DNA of 64,000 nucleotides from Trypanosoma brucei (lineage: Eukaryota): positions 1,760,001 through 1,824,000 of the forward strand of contig CM000208.1 of NCBI GenBank assembly GCA_000002445.1, read 5' to 3'. Below the pieces are notes generated by a model, which had not been told where the DNA came from, did not search any database, and saw only the letters and a list, made by a program, of their open reading frames with translations. Shown here in pieces: positions 63,272-64,000 of the stretch (position 1 is its first letter; every line of letters starts with the position of its first letter). The position numbers were made by a program, and so were the translations under genes.

Positions 63272-64000
63272 CGCTCTCCGGTGGGGAAAAAAAATTTGAA
63301 AAAAAAAAAAGATCCTTTCAAATGTGAATATACGCACAACCGGTGCTGGTACCGTTGTGGTGAAGAAAATAAAGAAAGGGAAGACGAGAAAATGGAAATT
63401 GTAACAAAACAAAGGAAAGAAAACCTGATGGCTCGAATACTTCCAAAGCAACTAGACGGTCACACGAAGGAGTTGTGCATGCCTTCACTTCGGGTATACA
63501 CACACATACACAAAATAAAAGAAACGAGAGCGAAGAACGCACGGACAAATTCAGAGGGAAAGTTAAGAGATGAACTTCAACTGATCGTGCGACGTGCAAC
63601 GGATATCGACTGCTGCTTCAAAATAATAAAAAAAATAAAAATAACGGGATGTTACATTAGGCATGCGCACAAGAGAATGAGGAAGTCACCAAAACACCTC
63701 TTTAAAGTTGTTGAACGCATACAACGGAGGGAAATCACGTTTGCACAAATGTGCTGCTTTCATCCACCATTCGCGTTGAAATCTCGCAGTGTTTACTTGC
63801 GTTAGGAGCTACAAATTAAATGGAACGCCCATTTGTAAGACATCTAACGCCCAGAAACACTGCTTTGAGTAGTGCCCACAGTAATACGCCCACGTATAGC
63901 GTGTGTGGAAAGGGGGGAATGGGAGAGAGAGAGAGAGAACAAAAAGGAGGGAAAAGAAAAAAGGGAGTTGCGGCCGGCCCGGGGAGCTCCAGTGAGATTC

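Overview
This window reads as a trypanosomatid nuclear chromosome segment. Genes are intron-less and densely packed in directional (polycistronic) clusters, with AT/pyrimidine-rich intergenic tracts carrying homopolymers and (GT)n/(CA)n/(AG)n microsatellites. The best match from memory is Trypanosoma brucei chromosome 10, the region containing trypanosome alternative oxidase (TAO), a front-end desaturase, inositol-3-phosphate synthase (INO1) and the CRAM repeat gene. This match is established knowledge plus inference; no search was possible.

Layout. A plus-strand cluster runs from about 1 to 18.75 kb: a DEAD-box helicase, TAO, a desaturase, INO1, two hypothetical proteins and a membrane-bound histidine acid phosphatase. 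A convergent strand-switch region follows at about 18.75-19.5 kb. A minus-strand cluster then runs from about 19.5 kb to the window end. It holds two paralogous fragments of a secreted/GPI-type surface protein. It also holds CRAM (about 81 copies of a 36-bp repeat), D-Tyr-tRNA deacylase and a TPR protein. Further along are SPO11, a 2521-aa protein with seven tandem nucleoside-diphosphate-kinase-like (NDK-like) domains, and a pseudokinase-like protein. Next come a membrane protein, a DEAH-box splicing-type helicase and an 1155-aa protein with four tandem phytochelatin-synthase-like domains. Several hypothetical proteins lie among these.

No prokaryotic-style system (CRISPR, operon, mobile element with recognisable termini) is present. 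The most novel-looking items are the 4x phytochelatin-synthase-like protein and the 7x NDK-domain giant protein. Two others stand out. One is a roughly 2.7-kb stretch at 21.0-23.7 kb whose composition looks like coding sequence but which has no ORF. The other is a frameshifted surface-protein paralogue pair at the strand-switch region.

Note on coordinates: the ORF track includes the stop codon in each ORF's end coordinate, or in its start coordinate for minus-strand ORFs.
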